Source of the DNA: Pecten maximus
Lineage: Eukaryota
Length of the DNA stretch: 64,000 nucleotides
Reading direction: 5' to 3'
NCBI RefSeq assembly: GCF_902652985.1
Contig: NC_047028.1
Coordinates: 24,304,001-24,368,000, forward strand
In this document: positions 24,652-39,080 of the stretch, in pieces
Numbering within the stretch: the first letter of the stretch is position 1
How the letters are laid out: every line of letters starts with the position of its first letter
Notes under the pieces: generated by a model
Told to the model about the DNA's origin: nothing
Seen by the model: only the letters and a program-made list of their open reading frames with translations
Database searches by the model: none
Made by a program: the position numbers and the translations under genes

Positions 24652-26532
24652 TACCAATGTTTTTCCTATGGAAAACGACCTACAGAATTCATTGTGTTAA
24701 AATGGAAAGTGAAACTTTAAGTAATCACTGTGTTAACTATATGGAAATTGAAACTAATAGAAATCACTGTGTTAGATATATGGAAAATGAAAGTTTCAGT
24801 GTTCCACAAACTGATTTTGTTTTATTAAAGATTTATTATGTCTATATAAACTACCAAATACCAGTAAGTTGTAAAAAGTTCAAGGCATGGTTAAATTAAG
24901 GGATCTGTATTAAAAAGCAAGTGAAATGTTTTATGTGAAATTAAGATTATATAGATGTTTGTATGAAAATTGTGTATATCTGATGTACAGTTTTATAAAA
25001 AAAGAAAAAATCCTGATTTGATATGATTCCATACCTCATTCTTAACTATAGATAGTATCCACTTAATGAACATTTGTATGTTCTAGAAAATATTTCGTTT
25101 ATGTTAGATGAAGATTTCAAAGTGCTTTGAAAAAAATAAGTATATAATAGTTTTCTTCCCTATAAAAGTCCTGTTCATGTCTCCAAGAATTTCCACATCT
25201 CTTTACAATGTACACATTCGGAAGTTAAAAACTTCCTGTTTTTGTTCCGTTTTACAGGCATAATGTACATATTGTAGCAGAGACTGATGAAGTATTGGGG
25301 AATGAAAGTATTGAGTGAATGAAGCCATGGGTTGAAATTTTGATGAACATTTTGTAACATAATCATTCCACATTACATGTACAAACTATCACATGTGTAA
25401 CCCACAGACTCAGTTGGTGATGGTGCACAAATATTCAAGCCAATACAGTTTATAAAACACCAGTTCAGTTTTATTTTTTAAGTCCTAATTGAGTATGTAT
25501 TCATACTTGACGTTACTGAACTACTGTTATCAGAATATTTGACTAAGTTACCAGTAAGGACATTTCTTTGTCTCAGAAAATATTTCATTTAAACTTATCA
25601 CCATATTGAGTCATTTTGAATTAAATGTTTACCTTAGAGAAACAAAGTTCTACGTGAATGGTTTCATTGGAACATTTGTTATCAAACTAACATAGGATTT
25701 TAATTATTGTGACTGAAGTTTCTGAGGTGGAACTATGCATATATCAGTTTTACATTGTATTCGAGTCAACAGGCTCTATTTGTTTTAAATATCTTCTGCG
25801 ATCAAAATGGTTTGTTACACTGTAAGTTGGAGACTTAGAAGTGATGCTACATTCATATTCTGTAGAGTTGATTTATGTTCTTATTATCAAAGCCTATATT
25901 GTATTCTCTTGATGATTTGGATGCACATATTGTACTGAAAAGTTAAGATGTCCTGCTGTCCATGCAATATAAATTGTATCCTGAATCTTTACTGCCTTAT
26001 TGTTTTGATTGGATTCATATACAGAGTGTATTAAATCGGGAGAGTATAACCCAAAATAAACAAGTTTTTAAGTTTTCTCAAACACTATAAATCCTCTAGT
26101 GAAACTCATCACTCGCTCACTTAAAACATGGTCGCCGCGATTTTGGAAGATAAATCTTCCAGCTTCGAGATGGAAGAGGTAGAAGATCTTCCAGAAGCAG
26201 AAGAGCTACAAATCGAGTGACCGGAAGATATATTCTACAAGAAGAAGAGTGAAAATCGAGTGGGGCTCCGCAGATATGAATACAGACCTTTGAATACTTT
26301 GTCAACGATTGTCTGAAAATGACATAGAATCACCAGGCTATAATTATTTCATAAACGAATAACTCTGGCCCAACTGATATATGCAAATGGCCATGATGAT
26401 TGATCATGCGTGGATGGCCATCTTTGTTCTTTTTACTCCTGCTAAATGTGTTCTAGTTTGTTGATGTCATGGCATTGCCAGGTAAATAAAAAATAAGACA
26501 ACAAAACACAGCTGTATAATTGACATGATAGA

Positions 26533-26538
26533 TTTATT
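26533..26538 (-). terminator. candidate AGFG1 polyadenylation signal AATAAA
   Basis: TTTATT on + strand, with a GT/T-rich stretch downstream on the - strand. Other candidates exist. Confidence 0.35.
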
Positions 26539-29500
26539 TGATACATGAGTATCCATGGTAACTGTGATACAGTAATTTACATACAGTTATGTACACATAT
26601 AGCATTTAGATACAATTAAAATAACGTCTTTGGAATGAGTAATTACATAAAAAGTGGAGTAACCAACAAGACAAACATCAAGCAAGATGGAGGCTAGAAA
26701 CTATCCTCACAATAAAAATCATATAATGATACAAGTACACTTCACATCATTGTTATAACACCAACATTGTTCAGGAAATATTCCTCCAAATCTCCAAATT
26801 TTTGTTTCCTAGTTCTGAATTTATCTGTGCTGTCAAAAGATGAATTTGATCAGTCAAATATTCTTTCAAATTATAATGTAAAAAATAGGTGAAAATTAAT
26901 TCTTTAAACTTTGACCATAGCATCTCCACTTATTACTGAAAAGTTAAATTTGATATATATCAGAAATGCTTTGTTTTATTTTGAATCAGATTCGGTATGC
27001 CCCAATAGAAATTGTCCTATATTTGGAAGATTGAAAATACAATCAGTACATTTCACAAACTTTTCACAAAACAAATCATGTTAATTAATACTAAACAGAC
27101 AGTCAAGGAAATTCTAATTAACAATTGTGTTCAAAAATATAAAAATTATTGCTTTATACGATATTTCATAATACAATGGCTAAGTTTTATTCATACTTGG
27201 AGAAATAAGATAAGTTTATGAGGATTTCAGATTAACATGGAATCCACATGTTCTAACATCCATTGTAGAAATATACATTCTAAATACTAATCTTACTGAA
27301 TTAAGGTAAAGAGACCCATCAACTTAAAGTTTTTTCCCCCTTTTTTTAACCAGCTAGATATTTTACAAATATTTTTTTTAAAAGAAGACACATTTTTCAA
27401 AGCATTTTACAAAATTTAAAGTTGATAAATTAAAAATTAAGTTAACTTTAAATATATCCACTGCATTTGGCTCATAATAGACATATTGATTCCCAGATTT
27501 TTCAATAAAGATTTCATAACGGCAAACCAACAGAATACTATAAGAAGGGAGGTAACTCTAAGTGAAGGGAAAAGAAATTTCAAACTCTTTTTACCTTACT
27601 AACAGGCCAGGTGCAGTGGCTCTCTTTACCTTAATTTCCTATCAAAGTTTATTTCAGATTAGTTATCTCTTCCATACAAAGTACACACTACATGTAGATG
27701 GATATATGTTTCACATCTCGTACACATACTAAGGTGTATAGGAATAATGTATATTTGATCATTTGTTTAAGGGAGTATGCTACCTTGCCACGACAGGAAT
27801 CTTCATTCCAAAAGAGTAACACATTAAGGAATTTATCATAAATGGTAACTACAGACAAGTTAAGTATATGATTTACATACTGACACATTTGGAAGCAGAA
27901 AATACTGGTCTTGAGAAAACAACTTTAACCAGAAATCACAGGTATGTTTAGGGTAACATACATTGTTCATTCTATAAATAACGAGTAACTCCCAACAATG
28001 TTTCAGGAGAAAGAAGATCCATGTTGACTTTACAGAGAAACAGCTTTAACAAGGATTTGGGTAAAGAAAACTTCAATAATTTAAAGCCAGTCACTTTGCC
28101 TTTTCTTCATCATTTTAAAGTTTCTATTCTAGTTGAAATAAACTTTTATGAGAATATCATGGACCTCTTAACTTTCATCAGTAAATTTAGTTGAAGTATC
28201 AAAGCATATAGGCAAAACCATATTACAAGATGTATTTGTGAATTATTAATTTTCAAAAAAAAGGAACTCTAATATTGTGAGGATTTCTTTACTACTAAAT
28301 GAAATAAGCTGTGAATTCCATAAAAGTTTATACTATTAAATTTCCTTTTTTTTTCATTGATGTAGTGAAGTTCTTATAATACTAAATATAGCATCAGCAA
28401 CCTACATCAAATTTTAAACAAATGTGCGATAGATTCTATATTTCATTTCGGTAAATTGGACTTTAAGATCCTAATTTTCAATGCATGCATAACACAGTTC
28501 CATTGGAATAACATTTGTTATTTAAAACATATATAACGCAGATAATCACAAGCAGAATGCTTACAACACCAACAAAAAACATCAATCACCCATTCATAGT
28601 TGAATTATCTCCCTTTATTTAACCACCTTATTTGAAATAACCTCCCTTTATATCTCATATACCCATCTATATTTGAATTATCTCCCCTTGTTTACTCATC
28701 TTTATTAGAATATTACCCCCCTCTTGTTTTATTTTGCAATATCTCCCCTTTATATATTTCTTTAAACTTGATTAAAAGAATCAAGGAAGTGAGAGTTAAA
28801 CAAAACTCATTTCTGAAAATACATTTTGGGTTTAAAGTCAAACACTTAAGAGGAAAAGTCCTTTCACATAACTACCTGTATGTCCGAGATTTCCATGCTA
28901 CAGTATTCAGTCTTCCTTGAATCACCAGGACTTTGAAATGATAATAATAATAAAAAAAAAATATATCTGCTACCTGACTGGATAACAGAAGGTGATCAAT
29001 TTAAAGTGCTTTCAATCAAATGAAACGAAGTCCAATCTACATTTTGATTGTTGTACAAATTTGGACAATTTATTTTACAGGAATGATGGATGATATTCTG
29101 TATATAAATGATCTACAAAACTACTTTCCTATCAATCAAATACTGGATTTTATTTCCCCAACTATACACACACATATAATCCTAAAGTGAAACCTATATT
29201 CTGATTTTTAAGACAGATCAATTCAAAGAAACATAGTTTCAACACAAAATTCTGAATTACAAGCCAGCTTTAAACCACTTCAATCTATGTTGTCTGTATT
29301 ATAGGAAAAATGGACTAAATATGAAGGTGAACAAGAACCCAGGTGCATGCTTTCTTTCAAGTGTCCTTCAATAAAACCGCCTTTATTAATTAAGATATAT
29401 AATGCATATCAATATCTGATATGTATAATAAGTCTTCAAAACTCAAATGTATCACCATCAGTCCTAAACATGTATATCTAATTTTTGAAAGAGAAAAAAC

Positions 29501-30051
29501 ACATTCAATCATTCATGCATTTGTTAAAACGAACAATAAAATCTCTATGTTAAATTGATTATATATTATATTTCAATATTTCGAAAGTAATTACAGAACA
29601 CTTAAGTTCATAAATATACAATACTGTTCAGACATTGTAAATAAAACACACACATATTTCTGGATCATTTGTGTGTTCAATGAAATCTCTTGTTTTTGGA
29701 CGATTTTCCTTATACTCAGAGGCTATTCATTATTTTTTCAGGAAAAAAATCCTAAAGTTCATCAGCATTAAATATAATTCATATTAAGCAAAATCCTAAG
29801 ATACCTAATATTTAAAAATAAAGCAAGAAATAATAAAGTTCACAATTTGCATATAAATTACTATAAAATGTCACTTACTACACGAACTGTCCAAAATCAT
29901 TGTAAGGGAGAAAACTCTACCATTATTCTATTAATTGCACTCAAATATCACCCAGAGTTCAAATGTTCAATATCAACAACCATGACAATAACTAGTATTT
30001 GTCCATCGTGAAAATCTCCCCAACTTTTTATTCCTTTTTATGTCCCTGTGA

Positions 30052-30220
30052 GCCACTCTACCACCAAGTTTGGTTGATCATCTCATCCCCTTAACTCACT
30101 CTGCCACCAAATTTGCTTGGCCATCTCATCCCCTTAACTCACTCTACCACCAAATTTGCTTGGCCATCTCATCCCCTTAACTCACTCTGCCACCAAGTTT
30201 GCTTGGCCATCTAGTCCCAT
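30052..30220. repeat. 43-bp tandem repeat, about 4 units, in the putative AGFG1 3' UTR
   Basis: CATCTCATCCCCTTAACTCACTCT(A/G)CCACCAAATTTGCTTGGC at 43-bp spacing. Confidence 0.9.
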
Positions 30221-31070
30221 TCCATCTGTAGAAATCAAACCCTCCAAGTTACTCTACAACTGAACTTGACCTAAATCTGATTCACTCGATCGTCAATTTC
30301 CCTCTACCAAAGAGTCCATGGACTAATATACTACACTTGAACCAGTCATCATACTGTCTAAACTCAATGACTATTGGAATCATTCAGTCATCCAAGTCAC
30401 CCTCTAGGAGTCGCCCCACTATAAACGAGTCAACAAATTGAGTCACTCGAACCTTTGATTAACCCTAGCCTTGATATACATTACCACTGCTTTGTTCAAT
30501 TAACAAAAGGCTTAAATGGCAAAACATTTTTTACAATAAACAACCTTTCCCTCCCAAAAAAACAGAACCGACAATCTTATAACACTAGCACACTAGCAAT
30601 TTTGCACAATTCTAGCGATGGTGAGTATGTTAATGTCGGGATGTGGTCTACTGACGGAGCACGGTTAAACTTTTACACAAGCAGCATGATGATGCAGAGA
30701 TGTGTTGTCCGACTTTGTACAAATGTCTTGTGTAATATCATGAAGTCAGTGGATTGACCAATCGTAACACCTGTTACATTTTATCATGCCAGGCAAAAAT
30801 CAGGTTTTCCACTTTCCCCTCACAACCAAGAGCACTGGGAAAAGGAATGGTGTACATGTGCGATGATAATCATCAAGTCACTACATCCCCTTGAGGTAAT
30901 CTCACTTCCACACTAGCACATGCCTCTCCAGCCCCGAATACAGAAATGGAAAACCACATAACATCAAATGTATCGGCGCAAGCCTAGTCACATGACCTGA
31001 TCACCTGACCTGCATTCCCATATTTGGTCACTTGATTTTTGTCCAGTTAAAACCTACTAGTTTTTGGTAA

Positions 31071-31124
31071 TCACAAAAACGGGTTCGAGCTGCTCGACGG
31101 TGCTACAGGCTGAGAGGCTGCAGA
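31071..31124 (-). CDS. AGFG1: AGFG1 last exon (SAASQPVAPSSSSNPFL*)
   Basis: Ends in NPFL* like human AGFG1; TTTCAG acceptor. Confidence 0.92.
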   Translation of the reverse strand, partial: SAASQPVAPSSSSNPFL

Positions 31125-32017
31125 CTGAAATACACAGGAAAACATTGAATCAGACAAGTCAACATTATCAATACATATAAATATTTATCATGTATTATCC
31201 TGTCCCAAAAAACTACAAAATTTATCTATTTTACAAAAAATTCTTATAGCACTAAAATGGAAGTGTGGAATGTGTCTTGGTCTTGATGTTGGATGCAGCA
31301 GAACTAGTACTGAAGAAAACACATTTGACATGGTTGGTTAGGTGACGACAATACCTTTTGACCTCTGATCAGAGCAAAAAGCCTCCGTTATATATCTAAA
31401 GTATACATCACATTTTAATTTATGGTTCCTTGTGTCACTTAATGAATACTTTTTAAGTCAACAGCACAAAATTAATTCATCAGACATGTCTGACAGGTCT
31501 GTAAATTGAGTAGTTAAGTGTTGGAGAACAGCAGAACTTTTGAACTACCAGACGGCATTATTAGACACTGTGGTATGGGACACTTCAGGTGTAATATATA
31601 CCTAGATACATATACCATTAACGTAGGTTTGGCTGTGTGACTTATGGTATATCAGTTTGTTTCTGTATAAAACATTAACAGTTAAAAGATCATGACCAAA
31701 ATGAAATTTTTGAAACTCAAGACTTTGTATTTAAACAAGAATTTAATTACAACAGGGGGCGGAGGCACAACGCCCCTTAAGGTAGAAAACGGTGATATCC
31801 TGACGAACCTTACAAATCTGAGAAACAACCACTCTGTTGGACTTTTAAATAAATCACTCTTGAGTACTGCAAACCAAATTTCTTTCACCTGCAATTTTCG
31901 GTTGTTATGGAAACGGGATTGTAAATGACATCGGATTATGTTTCATGACATTGTGTAACATTGCATATCTACTGCAAGTTTAGAGTATTAATGATCTTAA
32001 ATGAGAGGAGTACCTAC

Positions 32018-32544
32018 CATGAAGGGGTTGGCTGTAGGGGCTGGCTGTCCCCATCCTGCACTTCCAGCTGCCTGCCCAAATCCTTGTTGCTGAACTGGCA
32101 TACCCGCCATTTTGTTATCAAAATGTCCTGGAGTGCCCATGGCATTACCAAAGTTTGACATGGTCTGAGGCTGAGAAAACGCACCAAAGCCCCCGGGAGC
32201 TGGAGCTACATTACCCGCAGAACTAAATCCTCCTCCATTTTGCATTCCAAATTGTCCGAAATTAGCCCCTCCTTGTTGGGCTCCAACACTAGACGGCACT
32301 GCACCAAAGTGACCAAAGCCCCCAGCTACCGATGTCTGTGGCTGACCAAATCCTCCTGTGGAACTTGGAGGTGGCTGCTGACCGAATCCAGGTGCCATGG
32401 CTGGCTGACCAAACCCTGCCTGGGTGGGTTGTGGCTGACCTCCAAATAATGACTGGCCCCCTGCTCCTCCAAAAGGATTACTGGCTGCTCCCATAGCAGG
32501 CTGTGTAGGTACGGTGGTTGATCCTCCACCGAATGGGTTTGCAC
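32018..32544 (-). CDS. AGFG1: AGFG1 FG/NPF-repeat exon (GANPFGG...ANPFM)
   Basis: Many FG dipeptides and three NPF motifs; TTACAG acceptor, GTAGGT donor. Confidence 0.93.
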
Positions 32545-33586
32545 CTGTAAAACGGACAATGATCAGGAATAATTTTAACTAATTAAACCTGAGTCATACA
32601 AACTGTTAATTAATTTGTTAATTAATGAATATGCAGATTAAGGTAGGGTAGTTTTGTAACAGAACAAAATATCTATTAAAAGCAGCTATGGTTTCGACAA
32701 AATGGCTTCTACATAATCTCACAAACAGATTTACAAGGAATTGAAATTGAGATTGGTTTGATCACCGATACATAATCATATATACGTTTGAATATTCTCC
32801 AAACGGATACAAAGTAACACAAGATTAAAATTTCAACAAACATCACCTCGTAAGAAATATGGACAACATACTGATCCCCAACCCTTCAATATTCTCAACA
32901 AAAATAATCTTTATATCCCGACAGTGTGGTTGGTCTCATACAGATGTCATGCCATTCCATTCTCAATGCATACAATCTGAGTCGGTGATACAAAGCATTA
33001 TGGTACAGTATCCTCTATAAAAAGGCATGGCTACGAAAGTTTACTACAGTAATCATGTTTATTATTGTGCTTACTACTGTAATTTATATCAAACGAGCAT
33101 GTGTTAGTACAGGTACACTACAGGTAATGCACAGGTAAACTCTGTATAAGTAAACATTTACATATTTTGTACAGGCAGCTATATATATATATTCTCTTCT
33201 GACCTATGTTGAACACCTTTATTGAACAGGTAAAACTACCTTATCTAGCTAACCCGTGTATGAGTTGTACGGAATATCCCAATATGGCAGATGTATATTG
33301 CTGTACATCATAAGAAGTGACAAACTGCTCATGTCATAAGAGATGATTAATTGCTAATATTGTGCCCACTCCCCCAAAGTGGGATAAAAAAATAGATTCT
33401 CCAATGTTTTCCTCCATTTAAATGGATATTGGAGATTTCAAGAATAAAGCCCTCTGTATCAAATTTCAAGAATCCAGCCCACAGTATCCCACAGAATGTT
33501 GATCATGAGAAGCAAGCATAAGTGGACCCCATGCAGAATCAGAGATTTCCTTCCATGAATGTTGATCTTTAATGTGTGTAACTTAC

Positions 33587-33643
33587 TTGTTGGTTTTCCT
33601 TGTATGTACCGAACAGTGACCTTTTTACTACTAAAAACATGGC
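33587..33643 (-). CDS. AGFG1: candidate 57-nt cassette exon of AGFG1 (G-HVFSSKKVTVRYIQGKPT)
   Basis: TATTACAG acceptor, GTAAGT donor, length 3n, open in phase 1 between two phase-1 junctions. No homology support. Confidence 0.45.
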
Positions 33644-35237
33644 CTGTAATACAACGCTAAGGCATGAATATACTGAGTACCTCATGTAAACCAAAATCAC
33701 CGAATTTTCCCCAGTAAACCTTTGAGTTTCTCAGCCACAATAGATGAAGGATGAGCAAGAGCGGTGAGGAAATAAACAGATAGTAAGAAGGATGAAAAAG
33801 AAGGAAATTTTGTGCACAGCCATAGCAACAGTTACCATGACGATACACAATAAGCCATAGCAACAGTTACCATGACGATACAAGATAAGCCACTGAAGAC
33901 AGCCAATTAGGTTACAGTCCAGGTTTAATGCTGAAAGTCTTAACTGACAAGATGTTTCAATTTGTTAAAAACTTGGTCACTGTATTTACCCAACAATAAG
34001 TCCATATCTAGAGATAAGCCCACCCATATCTAATACAGTTGAGTAGAAATGACATCAAATGCATTTTCTTTATTTCAATGCCCTTTATGATAACCGTTAT
34101 CTGAAGTTGATTAATCTGAAGTTGATTCTTACAATACTGATATCTTTGGACTTTTTGCTAGATGAATAGGTAATCCAATAGTAATACTTAAAATATTACC
34201 AAACTTTTTTTATTGAATTTGAATAATTTGCTTCCAAAATGTAGAAAAAGGTTTCTGAAAAAACTTTCATGTTATTTAACTCTCTTGAAATATAAAATTA
34301 CAAATTATGATTTTTTTTGATTTTTTTTAAAAGTTATTTCAACAGTGAACCTTAGGACAAAAACCAATCTAAGTGATGATAGGGTCAGCTGCAATAATAA
34401 AATCAGACGATGGCATCAACCAGTAAAAGGTACAAATAAATGTGCTTATATATAAATATATATTTATGTATGTATATTAATCAAAATGTACAAATGTAAT
34501 TTGTAGTTTGTGTATTTCTGGGATCATGACAAGCTGTCATTGTTTGTGTAATTTAATCATATATACAAAATATATTCATTGTTAAAAAAATAAATATGAA
34601 CACATTGTATGGTATATGCAGGCATGTATAGAATATTGAATACATTATGTATTTATGTAAATTTCCTGTAAATGAAAGTACAGCATGCATTGTTTTACCT
34701 CATACAGCTTGTATATGTTGATAACTTTATATATTATTGTAGGTTTTTGAAATATCAATGTCTGCCAACTAAAACAGATTTCTTCAGTATTAGATGAATT
34801 TCGACATAACAAACCTCAAACACCAGTCTCATAGTCATATACAAGTCTCGATTTAACACAGACATGACCTCCAACTTGTGTATTTGTACTAGTTAACAAA
34901 TTTTATAAATTCCAGTATGAAACAATAAATTATTAAATAATTTAAAATCTATTTCTAGTGACACTCAACAACATCCTTTATTCCCTGAACAGTGATGTAC
35001 ACATGTACGCTGTAATATAATCTGGTTGGGGATGCCAGATTATTCCTTTCTAAAATTCGGTCTAAATTGAACTTCAATATGCTTATTTTCTCCAATAAAG
35101 TCATAAAAATATTCAGAAATTTTGTGTTTTTTACTCACATTTGTAGCTACCTGGTAATTTTTCTCTTGATGAAAGAAAATTTCCACCAGGTAGCAATTTC
35201 ATAAAAGGACCAAGAAAAACACGGACAGTTATAATTG

Positions 35238-36254
35238 ATACGATATGACCAGATATGGTGGATGGTCATACGCTAGGACCAGATATGGTGGATGGTCATA
35301 CGCTAGGACCAGATATGGTGGATGGTCATACGCTAGGACCAGATATGGTGGATGGTCATACGCTATGACCAGATATGGTGGATGGTCATACGCTAGGACC
35401 AAATATTGTGGATGTTCATACGCTATGACCAGATATGGTGGATGGTCATACGCTAGGACAAGATATAGTGGATAGTCATACGCTATGACCAGATATGGTG
35501 GATGGTCATACGCTAGGACCAGATATGGTGGATGGTCATACGCTATGACCAGATATGGTGGATGGTCATACGCTAGGACCAGATATGGTGGATGGTCACA
35601 CGCTATGATCAGATATGGTGGATGGTCATACGCTAGGACAAGATATAGTGGATGGTCATACGCTAGGACCAGATATGGTGGATGGTCATACGCTAGGACC
35701 AGATATGGTGGATGGTCACACGCTATGACCAGATATGGTGGATGGTCATACGCTATGATCAGATATGATGGATGGTCATACGCTATGACCAGATATGGTG
35801 GATGGTCATACGCTATGACCAGATATGATGGATGGTCATACGCTATGACCAGATATGGTGGATGGTCATACGCTATGACTAGATATGGTGGATGGTCATA
35901 CGCTATGACTAGATATGGTGGATGGTCATACGCTAGGACCAGATATGGTGGATGGTCATACGCTATGATCAGATATGGTGGATGGTCATACGCTATGATC
36001 AGATATGATGGATGGTCATACGCTATGACCAGATATGGTGGATGGTCATACGCTATGACCAGATATGATGGATGGTCATACGCTATGACCAGATATGGTG
36101 GATGGTCATACGCTATGACTAGATATGGTGGATGGTCATACGCTATGACTAGATATGGTGGATGGTCATACGCTAGGACCAGATATGGTGGATGGTCATA
36201 CGCTATGATCAGATATGGTGGATGGTCATACGCTATGACCAGATATGGTGGATG
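35238..36254. repeat. 30-bp minisatellite AGATATGGTGGATGGTCATACGCTA(T/G)GACC, about 34 units
   Basis: Direct; includes a 240-bp higher-order duplication (35761-36000 vs 36001-36240). Confidence 0.97.
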
Positions 36255-37834
36255 CTGTAACACATATCTCCCTGAACAAGGCATCAAAATAGAAGTCTGG
36301 GGTCTCGTTAGTAGAGTTTAGCGTTACTAAATATAGATTATGAAAGTGTTAGTATTTTATTTTTTGTGTGTGTAAACACTACAAGATAATAATATATTAT
36401 AAAATTGTTAGTATTTTCTGAATTGTTTGCTTGAGGACCATGTTACGGTGTTAATAGGTAATTCTGTTTGGTAGTGTTTTTACAATGGTGACATGTCAGC
36501 TAACATGGCCAGGCTTGTACGAGGATAAATATGGATGAATTTGAAACAGAAATAAACACTTTCAAAGTAATATACATGTAATAACAAGAATACATCTATC
36601 ATTTGCATAACCGAAATAACTACCTGTGACTTATCAAATGACCTTAAGGCCATGAGTGAATAAACGAATCTACAGGTGACAACTGATTTCTGATCAAAGA
36701 TATTCATAACAGTTTATCGAAAAAATTCCAGAAAAGTAGTATTTTGAATGAAAATTCAATATTGATAATATTCAATGACAGAACAGAGATCTTTGAAATC
36801 TTCAAAACCTCAAACCTCCTAGGAGGACATTTTTCTTTAAATAATGTTCACTTTTTTACACCGATATAAATATTTTTCAATCTGGAAACCATCAAAGTCT
36901 GTTCCAAGAATGAGTCTCTACGAAAAATTCAGCTTGATAGATTTTCTTGTAAACCAGAAAATTTTGCTGAATTTGAATCTGAATTTCACAAATTTAGAAT
37001 AGCAGTGTTTCCCTAATGATAAATTGTCACTATTATCACAGGTAGTTAAGTTAAAACTAAGGAACCAGTAACAGATTTGTAACCAACATATGAGCCATGC
37101 AGTACTAGATGGTAAGGACCATGGCCACAGAGTTGTACTGTACCCGACGCTGCCGAGATAAAAGGGTTGCCTGGGTTTCCAACTCTCTGCGAGGCTGACC
37201 AATCAAAACACACAACACAATTTTAAATAAAAGACGAAAATGAAAGACTACAAAGATCAGTACAGAACAAACGCACAAATCCCTACAGAGATTTATACAG
37301 AATGTTTGGTCTGCTATCTCATTGTACCTAGATCTCATATTTTCGTCGAAATAAATCAAAAATTACTATTGCTCATTCTAGTTTTGTTTACTTTAAGCTC
37401 TGATACATAATATACGTCATAAAGCTTTTTTTGTTGATTAAAATTCTTCAGTATTACCTCCCTTTGCTCCAGAAATGTCCTACCATTTCAAGTGTTTGAG
37501 AAAACAGAATCTAAGAGAGAGTTTTTGTCATCTTTTACCTCAGTATACAGCTAATGATATACAAAAAACAAGATATGATAGAGTAAAGTTATATTTTGAA
37601 AATTAAAGAAATAAGAACAAAAATGTTGTTTTTTTTTTCACTAATTTTACCATAAAACCCAATGTACTATCTAAAGACTACAAGTTTGCTACACTAAGTC
37701 ACAAATCTAGCAGGAAGATAGTGGGAATATATATGAAATAGTTCAAAAAGTAAGTGCTAATAAAAATAATATGGTATAAGTGTTTTAATATCTGCAGTTA
37801 TATTATTAAACAAAATTGATGATCCTGTTCTTAC

Positions 37835-38248
37835 CTGCATTTGGAAAAGCATTGGAAGATGTGGCGTTGGTGGACGACGAAGTGTTCCAGTTGACGCCAG
37901 CGTTGGCTGCTGGGTTAGGTTGATTATTCCAGCTGACCGCTGTGGTGGGAGTCTGAGCTGGCGCCGGAGTGTTTTTAACCCCTGACCCATCCCAGCCACT
38001 TCCTCCCCAGTTTAGGCCTGACCCGGTATCACCAGATCCGCCAGTCCAGCTCACGGAGGGACTTGGCTGGGTGGTAGCTGCTGGTTCAGTGCTGAATAGA
38101 TCGGCCAGTGATGCATACTTGTCTCCCCCTGGAGGAGCTGCAGAGGACGCTGGTGTAGATGCTGGCGTGGACTGTGGGGTGGAGAAAACCCCATTAGCTG
38201 TAGTTGGAGGATTGGCTTGTGCTAAACTTCCCATGGGAACAAGTGGGT
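37835..38248 (-). CDS. AGFG1: AGFG1 exon (NPLVPMGSLAQ...DKYASLADLF...FPNA)
   Basis: Contains the DKYA.LA.L motif of AGFG1; canonical sites, phase 1 to 1. Confidence 0.92.
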
Positions 38249-38796
38249 CTGAAAAAAAGGAGATACTTGATAAAAAAAAAGTGGTTTCCGGAGGGAACCG
38301 GAGCAGGAAAACTGAAATGTGGTGATATCCTGAAACTGTAACGAAATCTTGACATCAACTGTTGCTATCACAATAACAACAAACAAAGCAGAAATCTCTT
38401 CTTTACCAACAACGGATAAATTTTGACCTTTGACCCCTTAAACCTTGACCTATAAAAAAAAAAAATCAACCCAAACTTAGCGAGAACTTCGACAGATATA
38501 CTCCTATCTTCCCTCACTCACAAAAGGTCCAATGTGACCTTTGACAAATCACACGTAGAAATTCATACGAACCGTCTATGGTGTAAATTTTGAACTGTTG
38601 TATATCAGCCATGTCCATACCAACAACATGCTATTCTGCTCCATGTAAATGTTTACACATTGATGATTCGATGAAAGCACAGATCAAGGGAGATAATCAA
38701 ATATTTGAACATGTTCACAACTTCTTATACATTCAAACCCATTCACCCTTCTGCAGTTAAATCAGTAAAAAAATATAATTGTGTCACCTATATCAT

Positions 38797-38880
38797 AAAC
38801 CTGATGCCGTAATAAACTTGTTTACTATCTAACTTAAAACCTGATGCCGTAATAAACTTGTTTACTATCTAACTTAAACC
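38797..38880. repeat. 40-bp tandem duplication
   Basis: AAACCTGATGCCGTAATAAACTTGTTTACTATCTAACTTA twice. Confidence 0.9.
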
Positions 38881-38999
38881 TAACGTGAATGACTGGAAGG
38901 ATTTTGGGATGCAACTGTGTGAAGTTTCCCTGACAGTGGAGGTTGATTATATATACTGGGTATAGATGGTGGGGAAGGTGATGAGGTGTGTGTACTTAC

Positions 39000-39080
39000 T
39001 GCCACTAGATTGAAAGGGAAGGTTGGTTTGTGCTGGTGCTGAGAACTGGCTATTGAAGTTGCTAAAATCTGCAAACCCGC
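39000..39080 (-). CDS. AGFG1: AGFG1 exon (GGFADFSNFNSQFSAPAQTNLPFQSSG)
   Basis: FADFSNF motif like the human FANFAHF/ADFANF; TTTCAG acceptor, GTAAGT donor. Confidence 0.88.

Noticed and set aside
35229-36321. 352-aa and 278-aa ORFs; CRISPR-like look of the hairpin array
   Set aside because: Frames are open only because the 30-bp unit is 3n and nearly stop-free. Linkers are identical rather than unique spacers, there are no cas genes, and the context is a eukaryotic intron.
37969-38325. 118-aa + strand ORF (also 31961..32158 and 32240..32449)
   Set aside because: Antisense shadows of GC-rich AGFG1 exons.
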